Source: Nitrospirota bacterium
GTDB lineage: Bacteria; Nitrospirota; Nitrospiria; Nitrospirales; Nitrospiraceae
Length of the DNA stretch: 64,000 bases
Direction of reading: 5' to 3'
Assembly: GCA_963701855.1 (NCBI GenBank)
Contig: CAVPBK010000003.1
Span: 64,001-128,000 of the forward strand
A program made the position numbers and the translations under genes. This document shows, one piece after another, positions 1-14,668 of the stretch. Below the pieces are notes generated by a model. It saw only the letters and a program-made list of their open reading frames with translations. It was not told the origin of the DNA and ran no database searches. Position 1 is the first letter of the stretch. Each line of letters opens with the position of its first letter.

Positions 1-37
1 CCTTCAGCCTGAACACCTGAGTAGGCTGTCTTGTAGC

Positions 38-67
38 TTGACAGCATTCCTCCTGCTTCCGTAAGAT
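38..67 (+). promoter_or_regulatory. Putative sigma70 promoter of the pyr operon
   Basis: TTGACA (38-43), 18 nt spacer, TAAGAT (62-67), immediately upstream of the PyrR-binding leader. Confidence 0.6.
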
Positions 68-74
68 GCAGAAG

Positions 75-106
75 CCTTTAATGCTCATCCTGCGAGGTGA
101 GCAAGG
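75..106 (+). promoter_or_regulatory. PyrR-binding RNA stem-loop (pyr attenuator)
   Basis: CCTTTAA-tgctcATCCTGCGAGGtgagcAAGG matches the PyrR binding-loop pattern (CUUUAA...UCCNGNGAGG...AAGG); tgctca/tgagca stem; lies upstream of pyrR. Confidence 0.8.
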
Positions 107-151
107 AGTGGCCATGAGTTTCAATCAGGTTTGTGTCTGCAGGCATACCTC

Positions 152-187
152 AACCTTCTCGTCGGATATCGATGGGAGGGTTTTTTT
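152..187 (+). terminator. Attenuator intrinsic terminator in pyr leader
   Basis: aaccttctcgtcg-gatat-cgatgggagggtt 13-bp stem (with GU pairs) running into T7 at 181-187. Confidence 0.75.
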
Positions 188-198
188 ATGCCAGCCCC

Positions 199-323
199 CA
201 GGATGCTGAAAAAGTCCGCCAGCGGCGGTTTCGGTTCATCGAAATCCTCAACGTACCCCTGAGGGTACGCCGCCGGTTTCGATTCGCCTGTGGCCTTGCC
301 GGACAGCCTTTTTGAGCATCCTG
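199..323. repeat. Family A intergenic palindromic repeat (MITE/REP-like)
   Basis: Terminal inverted repeats CAGGATGCTGAAAAAG / CTTTTTGAGCATCCTG; internal hairpin cgtaccc-ctga-gggtacg; further copies in this window. Confidence 0.8.
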
Positions 324-363
324 CTTAATGTGAAACGTTTGCAATGTGGTGCGTTGCGGATGA

Positions 364-921
<558 letters not shown>

Positions 922-934
922 GGAGGAGGGAACG

Positions 935-1855
935 ATGAGTCTCAAACGCAAAGACCTCTTAAGCCTCGCCCCTCTGTCGGTGGATGAGATCCGATTGATT
1001 TTAGAAACGGCCGATTCGTTCAAGGAAGTGACCGGCCGGGAAATCAAGAAAGTTCCGGCTCTCCGTGGTCGTACCGTGGTGAATCTGTTCTTTGAGCCCA
1101 GTACCAGGACTCGTACCTCGTTTGAGTTGGCGGCGAAACGGCTGAGTGCTGATGTGATCAATTTCTCACCGTCGTCGAGCAGCATCGTGAAAGGGGAAAC
1201 GTTACTCGACACTGCGCGTAATATCGAGGCGATGCAGGCGGATATTATCGTCTTGCGTCACCCCTCTGCCGGTGCCGCAGAGTCCCTGGCCCGCGGTGTG
1301 AAGTCTTCCGTGATCAATGCTGGAGATGGGTGGCATGAGCATCCGACGCAAGCACTCTTGGATCTGTATACGATTCGCGAGCGTGGGTTGTCGTTCGAGG
1401 GGCTGCGGGTGGCGATCGTCGGGGATGTCGCCCATAGCCGTGTCGCGCGTTCGAACATTCACGCGCTCGTGAAGTTGGGAGCAGAGGTTCGACTGGTAGG
1501 GCCGCCGACAATGATGCCCTGTGGCGTAGAGAAATTGGGCGTGCGCGTCTACTATGATTTCGACGAGGCGTTGCGCGGCGTGCAGGTCATCATGATGTTG
1601 CGATTGCAGCTCGAACGGCAGGGGATTGCGCTATTTCCGACCATTCGAGAATATGCGCGGCTGTATGGGTTGACGACCGAGCGGGTCGAACTGGCCGATC
1701 CTGGGGCGATTGTGATGCATCCGGGTCCGATCAACCGCGGGGTCGAGATCGCTCCGGAGGTGGCCGATAGTTTGTCGTCGGTAATTCTAGAGCAGGTCGC
1801 GAACGGTGTGGCGGTTCGCATGGGGATTCTCTATCTCATGTCGGGCAGCAATTGA
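935..1855 (+). CDS. pyrB: Aspartate carbamoyltransferase catalytic subunit
   Basis: [30 protein letters not shown]. Confidence 0.98.
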   Translation: MSLKRKDLLSLAPLSVDEIRLILETADSFKEVTGREIKKVPALRGRTVVNLFFEPSTRTRTSFELAAKRLSADVINFSPSSSSIVKGETLLDTARNIEAMQADIIVLRHPSAGAAESLARGVKSSVINAGDGWHEHPTQALLDLYTIRERGLSFEGLRVAIVGDVAHSRVARSNIHALVKLGAEVRLVGPPTMMPCGVEKLGVRVYYDFDEALRGVQVIMMLRLQLERQGIALFPTIREYARLYGLTTERVELADPGAIVMHPGPINRGVEIAPEVADSLSSVILEQVANGVAVRMGILYLMSGSN

Positions 1856-1876
1856 ATGATCATGAGGCAGGTCGAT

Positions 1877-2011
1877 AGGCTGAAGGTGTTTAGGGGTCGG
1901 GTTTCCTGCGCAACGAAGACGTATCGTTACTTGAACCCAAGGTCGTAGAAACTGAGAAGGTTTTGAATGGCTTGATTCGTGCTCTGCGAGATAATGTATA
2001 GCCTTCAGCCT
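1877..2011. repeat. Intergenic inverted-repeat element (AGGCTGAAGG...CCTTCAGCCT)
   Basis: 10-bp inverted ends; right end ccttcagcctgaacccctgagt is nearly identical to window bases 1-22. Confidence 0.5.
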
Positions 2012-2062
2012 GAACCCCTGAGTCGTGACACGCATTGAATCATTGAAGGAAGCAGCGAACCT

Positions 2063-3367
2063 ATGAAGCCATCGTCCAATCAGCCTATTCTTATTGCAGG
2101 CGGGCACGTGATCAATCCTGGGCGGTTCAACGGCGTGGCCGACGTGCTGATCGATGAAGGTCGAGTGGTCGCGGTGGGGCCTCACCTCAAGGTTCCCGCA
2201 GGAGCCACGAAAATCGATGCCAGGGGACGATTAGTTCTTCCCGGTTTTGTCGATCTCCACGTTCATTTTCGTGAACCGGGCTTTGAATACAAAGAGTCGA
2301 TCCAGAGCGGAGCGGCGGCGGCGGTGGCCGGCGGCTTCACCTCGGTCTGTTGTATGCCCAATACGAATCCTGTCAATGACAACCAAGCGATTACGGAGTT
2401 TATGCTCGATCGCGCAAGGGCTGCTGGGCTGGCGAATGTGTTTCCGATCGGTGCGATTACGAAAGGTTCGGAAGGGAAAGAGCTGGCGGAGATTGGCGAT
2501 TTGCGGCGTGCAGGCTGTGTGGCGATTTCGGATGACGGAAAGCCGGTGATGAATAGCCTGGTCATGCGCCGAGCGATGGAGTATGCCTTGGCCTTCGACG
2601 TGCCGGTAGTTGATCATTGCGAAGATCTGCATCTTGCCGAGGGGGGCTGTATGAACGAAGGGGCCGTCTCGACCGAGTTGGGGCTCCCCGGGATGCCGGC
2701 AGCAGCGGAAGATGTGATGGTGGCGCGTAATGTTGCCTTGGCGGAACTGACCGGGGCTCGGCTGCACCTGGCCCATATCAGCACCGAGGGATCGGTTCGG
2801 ATGGTGCGGGAGGCCAAGTCACGCGGGCTGAAAGTCACAGCCGAAGCTTGTCCCCATCACTTTACGATTACGGAAGAAACCGTCCGAGGCTATAATACCT
2901 ATGCCAAAATGAATCCTCCGCTTCGGACATGGAAGGATGTGCAAGCGATCAAGGAAGGTCTTCGCGACGGCACGATCGATGTCATTGCGACGGATCATGC
3001 TCCGCATGCTTCCCAGGAAAAACAGCTGGGATTTACCGAAGCGCCGTTCGGGATCGTCGGACTGGAGACTGCGCTGCCATTAACCCTTGCGCTGGTCGAT
3101 GAAGGGGTCATATCGTTGGAGTCGGCTGTCGATAAGTTGAGCACGGCTCCGGCGAAGGCATTTGGATTAGCCAAAGGCACGCTGGCGGTCGGTGCCGATG
3201 CCGATGTGGCGATCGTCGATCAGCAGGAACAGTGGGAGGTCGATCCAGCCAAGTTTCGCTCAAAGAGCCGGAATACCCCGTTTGCCGGATGGAAGGTGAA
3301 GGGCCGGGTTACGATGACGATCGTGGGTGGCCGGGTCGTATTCGAGGCCGGTCGGGAAGAGTCATAG
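2063..3367 (+). CDS. pyrC: Dihydroorotase (multifunctional-complex type)
   Basis: PGFVDLHVHFREPG, KMNPPLR, ATDHAPH. Confidence 0.97.
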   Translation: MKPSSNQPILIAGGHVINPGRFNGVADVLIDEGRVVAVGPHLKVPAGATKIDARGRLVLPGFVDLHVHFREPGFEYKESIQSGAAAAVAGGFTSVCCMPNTNPVNDNQAITEFMLDRARAAGLANVFPIGAITKGSEGKELAEIGDLRRAGCVAISDDGKPVMNSLVMRRAMEYALAFDVPVVDHCEDLHLAEGGCMNEGAVSTELGLPGMPAAAEDVMVARNVALAELTGARLHLAHISTEGSVRMVREAKSRGLKVTAEACPHHFTITEETVRGYNTYAKMNPPLRTWKDVQAIKEGLRDGTIDVIATDHAPHASQEKQLGFTEAPFGIVGLETALPLTLALVDEGVISLESAVDKLSTAPAKAFGLAKGTLAVGADADVAIVDQQEQWEVDPAKFRSKSRNTPFAGWKVKGRVTMTIVGGRVVFEAGREES

Positions 3368-3893
3368 CACTGTGCTACGTCTGTCCCGTTGGGGGATGAT
3401 CGGTTGCCTCACGCTTGAATGGCTGGCACTGGGAGTTTGGGTTGGCGGCGGACTGGTGCTCATTGGAGCGGTCATTCCTGCGGTCTTCAATACGTTCGGC
3501 GGGCAGGACTCAGGCGGACTGTTTCTGACGAAGGCGTTTGAGGGCTATCATCGCTTTATGGTCGGAGCGCTGGCGATCATGGGTGCCGCATTGTGGTATC
3601 GCTGGTGGAGTGGAAATCCGGTGGTCGGCGTCGGTCGGGGCGAGATGATGGTGTTGGCCGGGATGCTAGTGATCACAGGCATCATTATTGTGTGGCTGCA
3701 TCCCTCTGCTGCGGCGCTTCAAGCTCAGGCCTTCGCAGTGCAAGAGGAGGCGGCGAAGAAGGCGGCCTTCGAAGCCTTGTTTCGTATGCTGAAGCCAATC
3801 CGCTGGATCTACATGGTTGACCTTGTACTGGGCATTCTCTTGGTCGGTATCAAGGCGAAACGGTCCCTCTGTCGGGACGGAGTGTTCTCGTGA
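3327..3893 (+). CDS. DUF4149-like membrane protein (true start possibly ~3372)
   Basis: Four hydrophobic segments, W..G...GAV.P.VF pattern; overlaps carA start. Confidence 0.7.
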   Translation: MAGSYSRPVGKSHSTVLRLSRWGMIGCLTLEWLALGVWVGGGLVLIGAVIPAVFNTFGGQDSGGLFLTKAFEGYHRFMVGALAIMGAALWYRWWSGNPVVGVGRGEMMVLAGMLVITGIIIVWLHPSAAALQAQAFAVQEEAAKKAAFEALFRMLKPIRWIYMVDLVLGILLVGIKAKRSLCRDGVFS

Positions 3894-5065
3894 AAACGGC
3901 ATTGTTGGCACTGGCAGATGGCACAATTTTCGAGGGCCGTGCCCTTGGATACGAAGGGGAGACGGTGGGAGAAGTCGTGTTTAATACGGCCATGACCGGC
4001 TATCAGGAGGTTTTGACCGATCCTTCATATAAGGGGCAAATCATCACGATGACCTCTCCCCATATCGGAAACTATGGGATGACAACGGAGGATGCCGAGT
4101 CACGGCGGGTTTGGGCTGAAGGATTCATTGTGAAAGAGGCAAGCCGACTCGCCAGTAACTGGCGCAGTCGGCAGCAGTTACACGATTATATGCATGAGGC
4201 GAAGATCGTCGGCATCGAAGGCTTGGATACGAGGGCTCTGACCCGCCACTTGCGCGAACATGGTTCGCAGCAGGGCCTTATCACTCATGTCGACGAGGAT
4301 CCACGGCGGGCCGTTGAGAAGGCACAGGCAGCTCCGAGTATCGTTGGGCGCGATCTGGCGGCAACTGTTACCTGTGGGAAGGCTTATCGGTGGACTGAAG
4401 GATCAGGCGAGTGGCTACCTTCGCTCGGCGACAAGCCACGGGCTAATGCGACCAGGCGGTGGCATGTCGTCGCCTACGATTTCGGCGTGAAACGGAACAT
4501 TCTTCGCCGGCTTGTGGATGTGGGATGTGACGTAACCGTCGTTCCGGCTTCGGCCACCGCAACGCAGGTTGAAGCCCTCAAGCCTGACGGGATCTTTCTG
4601 TCGAACGGTCCGGGGGATCCGGAGGGAGTGCCTTACGCGGTTGAGGCGGTGCGGCAATTGATCGGACGCCATCCGGTCTTCGGCATTTGCTTGGGGCATC
4701 AGATTCTTGGTCTCGCGCTGGGGCTCAGCACCTATAAATTGAAGTTCGGCCATCATGGGGCGAATCATCCGGTCATGGATCTCCGCACAAGACGAGTCGA
4801 GATCACGTCGCAAAACCACAATTTCGCGGTAGAGGTGGCCAGCCCGATCAGCGTGATGCCGGAACGACCGCCAGTGGTGGAGACATCGTTCGGTCAAGTT
4901 CTGGTCACACATCTGAGCCTAAACGATCACTCGGTTGAAGGATTGGCCTGTGTTGATCGCCCGGTGTTTTCGGTACAGTATCATCCAGAGGCGTCTCCTG
5001 GTCCCCATGACTCCGCCTACTTATTCACCGAGTTTACACAATTGTTGGAGAATCAGCATGAATAG
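3890..5065 (+). CDS. carA: Carbamoyl-phosphate synthase small subunit
   Basis: [45 protein letters not shown]. Confidence 0.98.
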   Translation: MKTALLALADGTIFEGRALGYEGETVGEVVFNTAMTGYQEVLTDPSYKGQIITMTSPHIGNYGMTTEDAESRRVWAEGFIVKEASRLASNWRSRQQLHDYMHEAKIVGIEGLDTRALTRHLREHGSQQGLITHVDEDPRRAVEKAQAAPSIVGRDLAATVTCGKAYRWTEGSGEWLPSLGDKPRANATRRWHVVAYDFGVKRNILRRLVDVGCDVTVVPASATATQVEALKPDGIFLSNGPGDPEGVPYAVEAVRQLIGRHPVFGICLGHQILGLALGLSTYKLKFGHHGANHPVMDLRTRRVEITSQNHNFAVEVASPISVMPERPPVVETSFGQVLVTHLSLNDHSVEGLACVDRPVFSVQYHPEASPGPHDSAYLFTEFTQLLENQHE

Positions 5066-6026
5066 AGTGTACCCAATGCTTGGTCGGTTCTGCCTCCTCG
5101 CAGCTATCTCTCTGCAAGCCGGTTGCATCACGGTCAATCTTATCGAGCCATCGGGGCCAGTGAAGGAAGTGCAGCTTAGCGGTACGGGCGATGGAAAAGT
5201 GCTGCTGCTCGATTTGTCAGGGGTCATCAGCTCACAAGATAAAGAGGGCCTCGTTCCACAGCCCAACATGTTGGCTACGTTCAAGGAAGAGCTGACGAGA
5301 GCCTCGAAAGACGACAAGGTCAAGGCTGTGGTTGTCCGCATCAACAGTCCGGGCGGAACCGTAACCGCGTCGGATATCCTGTATCACGAGTTGCGGGAGT
5401 TCAAAACTAAAAGGAAGATTCCTGTGATTGCCTCGATGATGGACGTGGCGGCATCAGGGGGCTACTACCTGGCCATGGCAGCGGACAGCATTTTAGTCCA
5501 TCCCTCGACGGTGACAGGCAGTATCGGCGTCATTATGTTGACCGTCAACGCCAGGGGATTGCTCGAAAAAGTGGGTGTCGAGGCCAACGCTATTACGTCT
5601 GGCCCCCGTAAAGATATGGGCTCGCCCTTTCGAGTCATGACGGCTGAGGAGCGGGGGATCTTTCAAAGCGTGATCGATTCGTTCTATCAGCGGTTTCTGG
5701 GAGTTGTGCAGGAGGGGCGCCCTAATCTGTCGGCTGAGCAAATCAAGAAACTGGCCGATGGACGGATCTATTCCGGAGATCAGGCCAAGGCGGCAGGCTT
5801 GATCGACGAGATCGGGTATCTCGATGACGCGGTCGAAATGGCTAAAAAGAAAGCGGGTCTCACAGAAGCCCGGGTCGTGACTTATGGGAGGCGTGGCGAA
5901 TATCAGAATAATATCTACTCGCGCCTGTTCGGGACGAGTTCAGGCATCACTGGGTTGGCCAATCTAGATTTGTTGTCGATGGTGCGGGGTGGAACGCCCC
6001 AGTTTATGTATCTCTGGATGCCGTAA
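5058..6026 (+). CDS. sppA: Signal peptide peptidase SppA (S49), lipoprotein
   Basis: RINSPGG, AASGGYY, TGSIGVI, ADGRIY; lipobox LQAGC; ATG 5058 overlaps carA end. Confidence 0.92.
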   Translation: MNRVYPMLGRFCLLAAISLQAGCITVNLIEPSGPVKEVQLSGTGDGKVLLLDLSGVISSQDKEGLVPQPNMLATFKEELTRASKDDKVKAVVVRINSPGGTVTASDILYHELREFKTKRKIPVIASMMDVAASGGYYLAMAADSILVHPSTVTGSIGVIMLTVNARGLLEKVGVEANAITSGPRKDMGSPFRVMTAEERGIFQSVIDSFYQRFLGVVQEGRPNLSAEQIKKLADGRIYSGDQAKAAGLIDEIGYLDDAVEMAKKKAGLTEARVVTYGRRGEYQNNIYSRLFGTSSGITGLANLDLLSMVRGGTPQFMYLWMP

Positions 6027-6069
6027 TCCAGGAGTTGATGAGAGCACCATTGAATCATTGCATTGAGGA

Positions 6070-7047
6070 GTGAAACCTCCAATGGCTCAGCCCTCACATG
6101 ACACGATGCGTCAATTCCTCAACGCGCCGATCGGACGCCGGGGAATGCTGGCTCTGGGCGCTCATGGGGTGATGGGCCTTTGCACAGCCCTTGGGGCTGG
6201 AGCGGCCGTGAGTCTGTTCGGCAGCCTGAGCGGTTGTTATCGGGCGCCGGGCACGGCTCGCGACCAGGTGATCTTTTTCTCCGAAGAGAAGGAGTTGCAA
6301 CTCGGAGTGAGCGCGTTCCGCGAGGTGTTGCGATCCGCGCCGCTCAGTGACGATCCGGAAGTGAATGAGTTGGTGCACCGCGTGGGACGAAAAATCGCTG
6401 CAGCCGCCAACAAGCCGGAGTATCAGTGGGAATTTGCGGTCATTCAAGACGACAAGATGGTCAATGCCTTCGCGCTGCCAGGTGGGAAGGTCGCCATCTT
6501 CACCGGGATTCTCAAACATACAAAAGACGATGCTGGATTGGCGACAGTGATGGGGCATGAGGTCGCGCATGCGTTGCAGCGCCACGGGGTAGAGCGGATG
6601 AGCCGGAGTATCCTGGACCAAATTGCGCAATTGGGCGCATTGGGTGCTGCGGCAACTGGACGTGTCAACTCCGGTGCGATCCAGGGCTTGTTGGGGGCCT
6701 ATGGGGTCAATGTGTCGTTGCCCTTCAATCGGACACAAGAGTCGGAAGCCGACCACATCGGGCTTCGATTGATGGCGCAGGCGGGGTATAATCCGCGGGA
6801 AGCCGTGCCGTTTTGGGAGCGCATGAGCGGTTGTCCGAGGCTGATGATCGGGAAGCTCTGTTTTCGGTCGCAGCAAGCGGTACCTGAATTTCTTTCCACC
6901 CATCCGTCCGATTTGACACGCATCAATCAGATCGAGGCCTGGTTGCCCGAGGCGCTCCAGTATTATCATGGGCCTGGGGGGGGTATAGCGCCACCATCGC
7001 TGGCGCCATACAAGCCGACGATCGGGCCGATGCCAGAAGCTAGCTGA
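6070..7047 (+). CDS. M48 family metalloprotease, probable Tat-exported lipoprotein
   Basis: NAFALPGGK, HEVAH zinc motif, ESEAD, FLSTHP; N-terminal GRRGML and LSGC. Confidence 0.9.
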   Translation: MKPPMAQPSHDTMRQFLNAPIGRRGMLALGAHGVMGLCTALGAGAAVSLFGSLSGCYRAPGTARDQVIFFSEEKELQLGVSAFREVLRSAPLSDDPEVNELVHRVGRKIAAAANKPEYQWEFAVIQDDKMVNAFALPGGKVAIFTGILKHTKDDAGLATVMGHEVAHALQRHGVERMSRSILDQIAQLGALGAAATGRVNSGAIQGLLGAYGVNVSLPFNRTQESEADHIGLRLMAQAGYNPREAVPFWERMSGCPRLMIGKLCFRSQQAVPEFLSTHPSDLTRINQIEAWLPEALQYYHGPGGGIAPPSLAPYKPTIGPMPEAS

Positions 7048-7065
7048 CTCTGAAACGAGGTCTCT

Positions 7066-10326
<3,261 letters not shown>

Positions 10327-10335
10327 AGGACGTCG

Positions 10336-10818
10336 TTGATTATGCCGACACCGATTACGAGAAAGGGGCACGAGGCGCTCCAAGCAGAGCTTGATCGTCT
10401 TCGCAAAGTCGAGCGTGCTAAAAACATCGAAGCCATTGCTGAAGCGCGTGCCCATGGGGATTTGAGCGAGAATGCGGAGTACGATGCTGCAAAAGAACGC
10501 CAGGGATTCATTGAATCGCGGATCGTGGAACTGCAGTCGAAGCTGGCCGATGCCCGCATCATCGAAACGTCAGGGCGAGTCTCCGACACCATTGTGTTCG
10601 GTGCCACGGTACTTGTGATTGAGCAGGAGTCGCAGTCAAAGCGGGAGTATACGCTGGTGGGACAGGATGAAGCCGACATGAAAGTGAACCGCATCTCGAT
10701 TCAGTCTCCGGTCGGCAAGGCGCTGATCGGAAAGCGTGTCGGCGATTTTGTGGAAGTGAAGACTCCGGTGAAAATAGTCGAGTACGAGGTGCTGGAGATC
10801 CGTTTCGAGGAGTTGTAA
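10336..10818 (+). CDS. greA: Transcription elongation factor GreA (ATG at 10342 also possible)
   Basis: ARAHGDLSENAEY, ISIQSPVGKALIG. Confidence 0.97.
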   Translation: MIMPTPITRKGHEALQAELDRLRKVERAKNIEAIAEARAHGDLSENAEYDAAKERQGFIESRIVELQSKLADARIIETSGRVSDTIVFGATVLVIEQESQSKREYTLVGQDEADMKVNRISIQSPVGKALIGKRVGDFVEVKTPVKIVEYEVLEIRFEEL

Positions 10819-10819
10819 G

Positions 10820-11617
10820 GTGCCGCCGACACGTCTCCTGATTACCCTCCTGACGGATTTCGGCGACCGTGATTGGTTCGTGGCAAGCATGAAAGGGGCG
10901 ATCCTCACCATCAATCCCCACGCCACCATCGTCGATCTCTCACATCATGTGCCGCCCCATTCGATTGAAGACGCCGCCTATTTCCTGAAATCCTGCTATC
11001 GATATTTTCCGGAGGGCACGGTGCATGTGGCCGTCGTCGATCCTGGCGTCGGAACCAGGCGACGACCGCTGGTTGTCAAAGCGGCCCGGCACTATTTTCT
11101 CGGTCCTGACAACGGATTGTTCTCGTATATTTTTAGCGAAAAACATGAAGTGGAAGTCAGGGAGATCGAGAATCAACAATATCGTATCGAGTCTATCGGG
11201 CACACTTTCGACGGTCGAGATATTTTTGCGCCTGCTGCTGCCTGGCTGACGACTAATCAGCCCTTTGAATCATTTGGTCGAAGGATCGAGGAGCGGGTGG
11301 CATTTCCGATCGTCGAACCGAAAGGGGGAGCGAATGGCTTTGTCGGGGAGGTTGTCTATGTCGACCATTTTGGGAACCTGATTACCAATCTTATGCTCAA
11401 ACACGTTAATATAGTACGAAGTATGGCCCCAAACGAGGGCCTAGCATTGCAGATTGCCGGGCATAGGGCTGGACTTGTCGCCAACTATGCTGAAGGGTCA
11501 AAGGTCAAGCCGTCTGCGTTGATCAACAGCAATGGGGCAATAGAAGTGTTCATCAAGGAAGGCAATGCCGCACAACGGCTCAAGGCGGGGCGTGGAGTGG
11601 AAATAACTCTTTCATAG
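10820..11617 (+). CDS. SAM-dependent hydroxide adenosyltransferase / chlorinase-fluorinase family (DUF62)
   Basis: ITLLTDFG, VVDPGVGT.RR, GPDNG, TFDGRDIFAP, VDHFGNLITN. Confidence 0.93.
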   Translation: MPPTRLLITLLTDFGDRDWFVASMKGAILTINPHATIVDLSHHVPPHSIEDAAYFLKSCYRYFPEGTVHVAVVDPGVGTRRRPLVVKAARHYFLGPDNGLFSYIFSEKHEVEVREIENQQYRIESIGHTFDGRDIFAPAAAWLTTNQPFESFGRRIEERVAFPIVEPKGGANGFVGEVVYVDHFGNLITNLMLKHVNIVRSMAPNEGLALQIAGHRAGLVANYAEGSKVKPSALINSNGAIEVFIKEGNAAQRLKAGRGVEITLS

Positions 11618-11716
11618 ATCCTGAAAAATAATTTGGAACTGCGTCACAGTTCTAGCGGCGTAATGAGCAGCGGGAGTCGCGCCGGTGGGCTAATGGTCGT
11701 GCCACGATGAAGGCAA

Positions 11717-12370
11717 CTATGGTGTCGACTCTCGATCGGACTTGCCGATAGTTGTCTCTACTCCCGTAGTCGTGGCGCGAATCTTGACGGACGATGTGTC
11801 GAGGGCAGTGATCACATACCTGCCGTCTACAGAGTCGCCGTTCGCTACGACATAGAGTTCATTCCCCCGCGCAAGAAAGGCTTGCGCGACCCCGTTCTGA
11901 TCAAGAAATCCCAAGAATCGAAACGCCCCCAATTCACGCATCGTCTCCAGTCGGGCCATCTCTGTCTGCTGGGCGGCTCTTTGGGCGGCGATTTCTTGTT
12001 CCGATGGTGATGCGGGCGGTTCTGCAACGATCGGCGCAGGACTGGGTGATTGAGAAGGTTTCGCCTGACCTGAAACCGTGTGTATATTCATCTGACGGAT
12101 GGTGGCTTCCGGCGAGGGAGTATCAATGGGCGCAAATATATTGTGCGACGGTAAGTGAGGCAACTCATGTGTTTTGGCTCTGGCGAGTCGCACGGTGAAG
12201 GGATTATCGGATTCATGCGCGTGCTTTTCGGCGATGTCTTGAACCGGGCCGGACTTGAACTTCAGCGGCACACGCTCTGGAGAGGGTTGACTCATGACTT
12301 CGAAGATCACCAGCGCCGACCATGTCGCGCAGAGGAAAACGGCAAGCCATCCCTTGGTTCTCTTCGTCAT
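11717..12370 (-). CDS. PilP/GspC-like accessory membrane protein of T2SS/T4P cluster
   Basis: N-terminal TM segment, Pro-rich linker, C-terminal FRFLG...AFL...LYVV..GD beta domain; follows pilO. Confidence 0.6.
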   Translation of the reverse strand: MTKRTKGWLAVFLCATWSALVIFEVMSQPSPERVPLKFKSGPVQDIAEKHAHESDNPFTVRLARAKTHELPHLPSHNIFAPIDTPSPEATIRQMNIHTVSGQAKPSQSPSPAPIVAEPPASPSEQEIAAQRAAQQTEMARLETMRELGAFRFLGFLDQNGVAQAFLARGNELYVVANGDSVDGRYVITALDTSSVKIRATTTGVETTIGKSDRESTP

Positions 12371-12966
12371 GATTCCCTCTGTGTTGTGGGGTCTGGCCGT
12401 AAGAAGGTGACTATACGAACATTGAGTTCGACCAAAGACTTGCCCGCGGCGGTACGTCCTCTGGAACTGGTCACGTCGAGGCTTTCGATGACCAGATACG
12501 ACTGTGCCGTCTCAAGCCGATGAATGAATCGATAAATGTCGGCATACTCACCGATCGCGCTAAACCGAAGCGAACCTTCAACAGCAAGCCCGGTTTTTGA
12601 AGGTTGGATTGAGTATGTCATCCCAGGAATGGAGACTCGTAGCTGTTTGCCAAACTCTGAAATTGCGACAGCAAGTGCAGGGAATTGACGCTGGGTCGGT
12701 AACGTCTGCCATAATTTTTCGAGGTCGCGCTGACTGTCTCGAACCAGTCCCTGGACCCGTTTGGCCGCGACGCGTTTCCCCTGGGCCTGTTTGGCCTCCT
12801 CATAGGCCGCTTGCAATGTTTCGACGCGCGATCGGGATGGTTCGAGGAGCAGCCAATAACTGCCGAGAACGCAACCGATTCCTACGGCAACAAAGGCCAT
12901 GAGCGGGACGAGCCCATAGAGTGCGGGATATGGAATCTGCGAGAGTGGTGATTTGACGAGCGCCAT
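12367..12966 (-). CDS. pilO: PilO/GspM-like protein
   Basis: TM + coiled coil + GEYADIYRFIHRLE ferredoxin-like motif. Confidence 0.75.
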   Translation of the reverse strand: MALVKSPLSQIPYPALYGLVPLMAFVAVGIGCVLGSYWLLLEPSRSRVETLQAAYEEAKQAQGKRVAAKRVQGLVRDSQRDLEKLWQTLPTQRQFPALAVAISEFGKQLRVSIPGMTYSIQPSKTGLAVEGSLRFSAIGEYADIYRFIHRLETAQSYLVIESLDVTSSRGRTAAGKSLVELNVRIVTFLRPDPTTQRES

Positions 12967-12977
12967 GCTGCAGACAC

Positions 12978-13757
12978 CTACAATGTTTGGTGGTATGTCA
13001 CGGTGAGCGTAAAGTCGATGACATCGGTCGATCGCTGATTCGGCCGGTCCTCTGCAACCGCTTCAGTCGATCTGCGGGCTGGCCCGACATTCGTATGGAT
13101 GTTGTGCTCAGTCAGGCCCACTCTCGAGAATGTTCCTGCCTCGTTGAGCTTCGTTACCAACGCGTCCAGGTCTTGTATCGTTTTCACCGTGCCTTGCAAC
13201 CGTATCGTCGAATCCTGAAAATTGAGACGGACTGAATTGATCGATACGCGGGGAGGCATTCCCTCCTCAAGGTTGTGGAGCATTTCGGTCCAAGAGAAGT
13301 CGCGCTTTTCCGTTAATTGGTTCGCGAACGCGATTTCTTTGCGCACCGCATTGATCTGTTCGTCCGTCAGCGTGAGCCCCGCACGTGCCATATCTTCTGC
13401 AAACAGCTGCGTGACTCGGTGCTGGCGGGTCAATGCGTGTTCGTAATAATCTGACTGCTCGTCGAGGAACCGGCTTTCCTGCATGAACGAAACGGCGAAT
13501 CCAAGACTCGTTAGGACAATGAGGGAGAGGGTCCACTGTATCCGTCTTACAACGGCGATGGCAGGAGACCGGAAGGACAGATGCATGGTCGGGACCCATT
13601 GCTGCCGGCTGAATATGGGGTAATCTTTCATGATTCTCATCACAGAGCGTCTATTCGTTACTGCATGGTAAGAGATGCCAGTGCCGATAATCCTGAAGTC
13701 CAGTGAATGTCCGAAGCAGGCCAGGCAATCGGCAATAAATCTTTCTTGAGTGAGCAC
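12978..13757 (-). CDS. pilN: PilN/GspL-like protein (true start probably downstream, ~13640 or ~13590)
   Basis: TM, coiled coil, SW...L..LE...P..V.I..V motif. Confidence 0.75.
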   Translation of the reverse strand: MLTQERFIADCLACFGHSLDFRIIGTGISYHAVTNRRSVMRIMKDYPIFSRQQWVPTMHLSFRSPAIAVVRRIQWTLSLIVLTSLGFAVSFMQESRFLDEQSDYYEHALTRQHRVTQLFAEDMARAGLTLTDEQINAVRKEIAFANQLTEKRDFSWTEMLHNLEEGMPPRVSINSVRLNFQDSTIRLQGTVKTIQDLDALVTKLNEAGTFSRVGLTEHNIHTNVGPARRSTEAVAEDRPNQRSTDVIDFTLTVTYHQTL

Positions 13758-14668
13758 ATGTTGATGCGTAAGGAATCAGTCATGGTCATTTCCAGAGCGG
13801 CAGGGGAGGCGTCTCCAATCGTGGCGTCCAGGCGTTCTGATGGATGGACAGAGTCGTTTCCCAAGATATAGAGAGACCTTGGTGAGGATTGAGGCTTGGC
13901 GCCCATTGAGGCACAAAGTTCATCGTAGTATTGAATCGAAGCCATCAATTCAAGTTGTCGATGGGCTGGAGCCTTTGGCAAGGGCTTACTTCGCAGCAGG
14001 AACGGACAGGCATGGCGGATTGCCACAAAGAAAAATTGATCGTCCAGAAAACTTGCAAAGAACCACTCGTCATCTTGACGAATCATCGCTCGACTGAGGT
14101 CGAAAAGCTGAAGCCCCTGAATCCCCACCGCCACAGGCAGCAGACCAGCCTGTTCGCATGCCTGTTCGTATTGAGTGAGCACGTTGTTCCGAATGGCGGC
14201 CGCAAGGATGCGATGTTTCGAGCAGTCTAAAAGTTTGTCTCCAGCAGGCAGTCCAAATGCACGGTAGGCAACCCGGCAATCGGCGGCGGGGATCTGCAGA
14301 TCCTTTTCGAGCTTCCAACGGACAAGGGATGCGCACTCAGTTGGGTTCTCTGGAAGCACGTCGAAGTCCAACAAGGCTATGTGGGCACATTGATTCGGGA
14401 GGCTCAGGGCTACGGACGCACAACGGCGTGATCCAATCAACGTGGTGAGATCCCTGGCGAAGGCGGCGACCTCGGAGATATTGTTTTCTTCTGTGGATAG
14501 GCGGACGAGTTGGGTTGCGAGATGATGCCGCTTCAGTGCCCGGATGCGACGGCGTCGCAACGGCCAGAGTGAAGGGGAAAGCTCTACAGAGGTGACTGTC
14601 TGGGCGGTCAGACTTAAGCCGATGGAGGGTTTTTGCGCAGGGAATAATTGCATCATGTTACCCAACAA
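13658..14668 (-). CDS. pilM: PilM/GspL-cytoplasmic-like actin-fold protein
   Basis: IGLSL, VALSLP, YEQACEQAGLLP; position between ATPase and pilN. Confidence 0.65.
   Translation of the reverse strand: MLGNMMQLFPAQKPSIGLSLTAQTVTSVELSPSLWPLRRRRIRALKRHHLATQLVRLSTEENNISEVAAFARDLTTLIGSRRCASVALSLPNQCAHIALLDFDVLPENPTECASLVRWKLEKDLQIPAADCRVAYRAFGLPAGDKLLDCSKHRILAAAIRNNVLTQYEQACEQAGLLPVAVGIQGLQLFDLSRAMIRQDDEWFFASFLDDQFFFVAIRHACPFLLRSKPLPKAPAHRQLELMASIQYYDELCASMGAKPQSSPRSLYILGNDSVHPSERLDATIGDASPAALEMTMTDSLRINMCSLKKDLLPIAWPASDIHWTSGLSALASLTMQ

Noticed and set aside
4935..5057. Upstream extension of sppA
   Set aside because: Lies within carA; ATG 5058 gives a proper lipoprotein signal.
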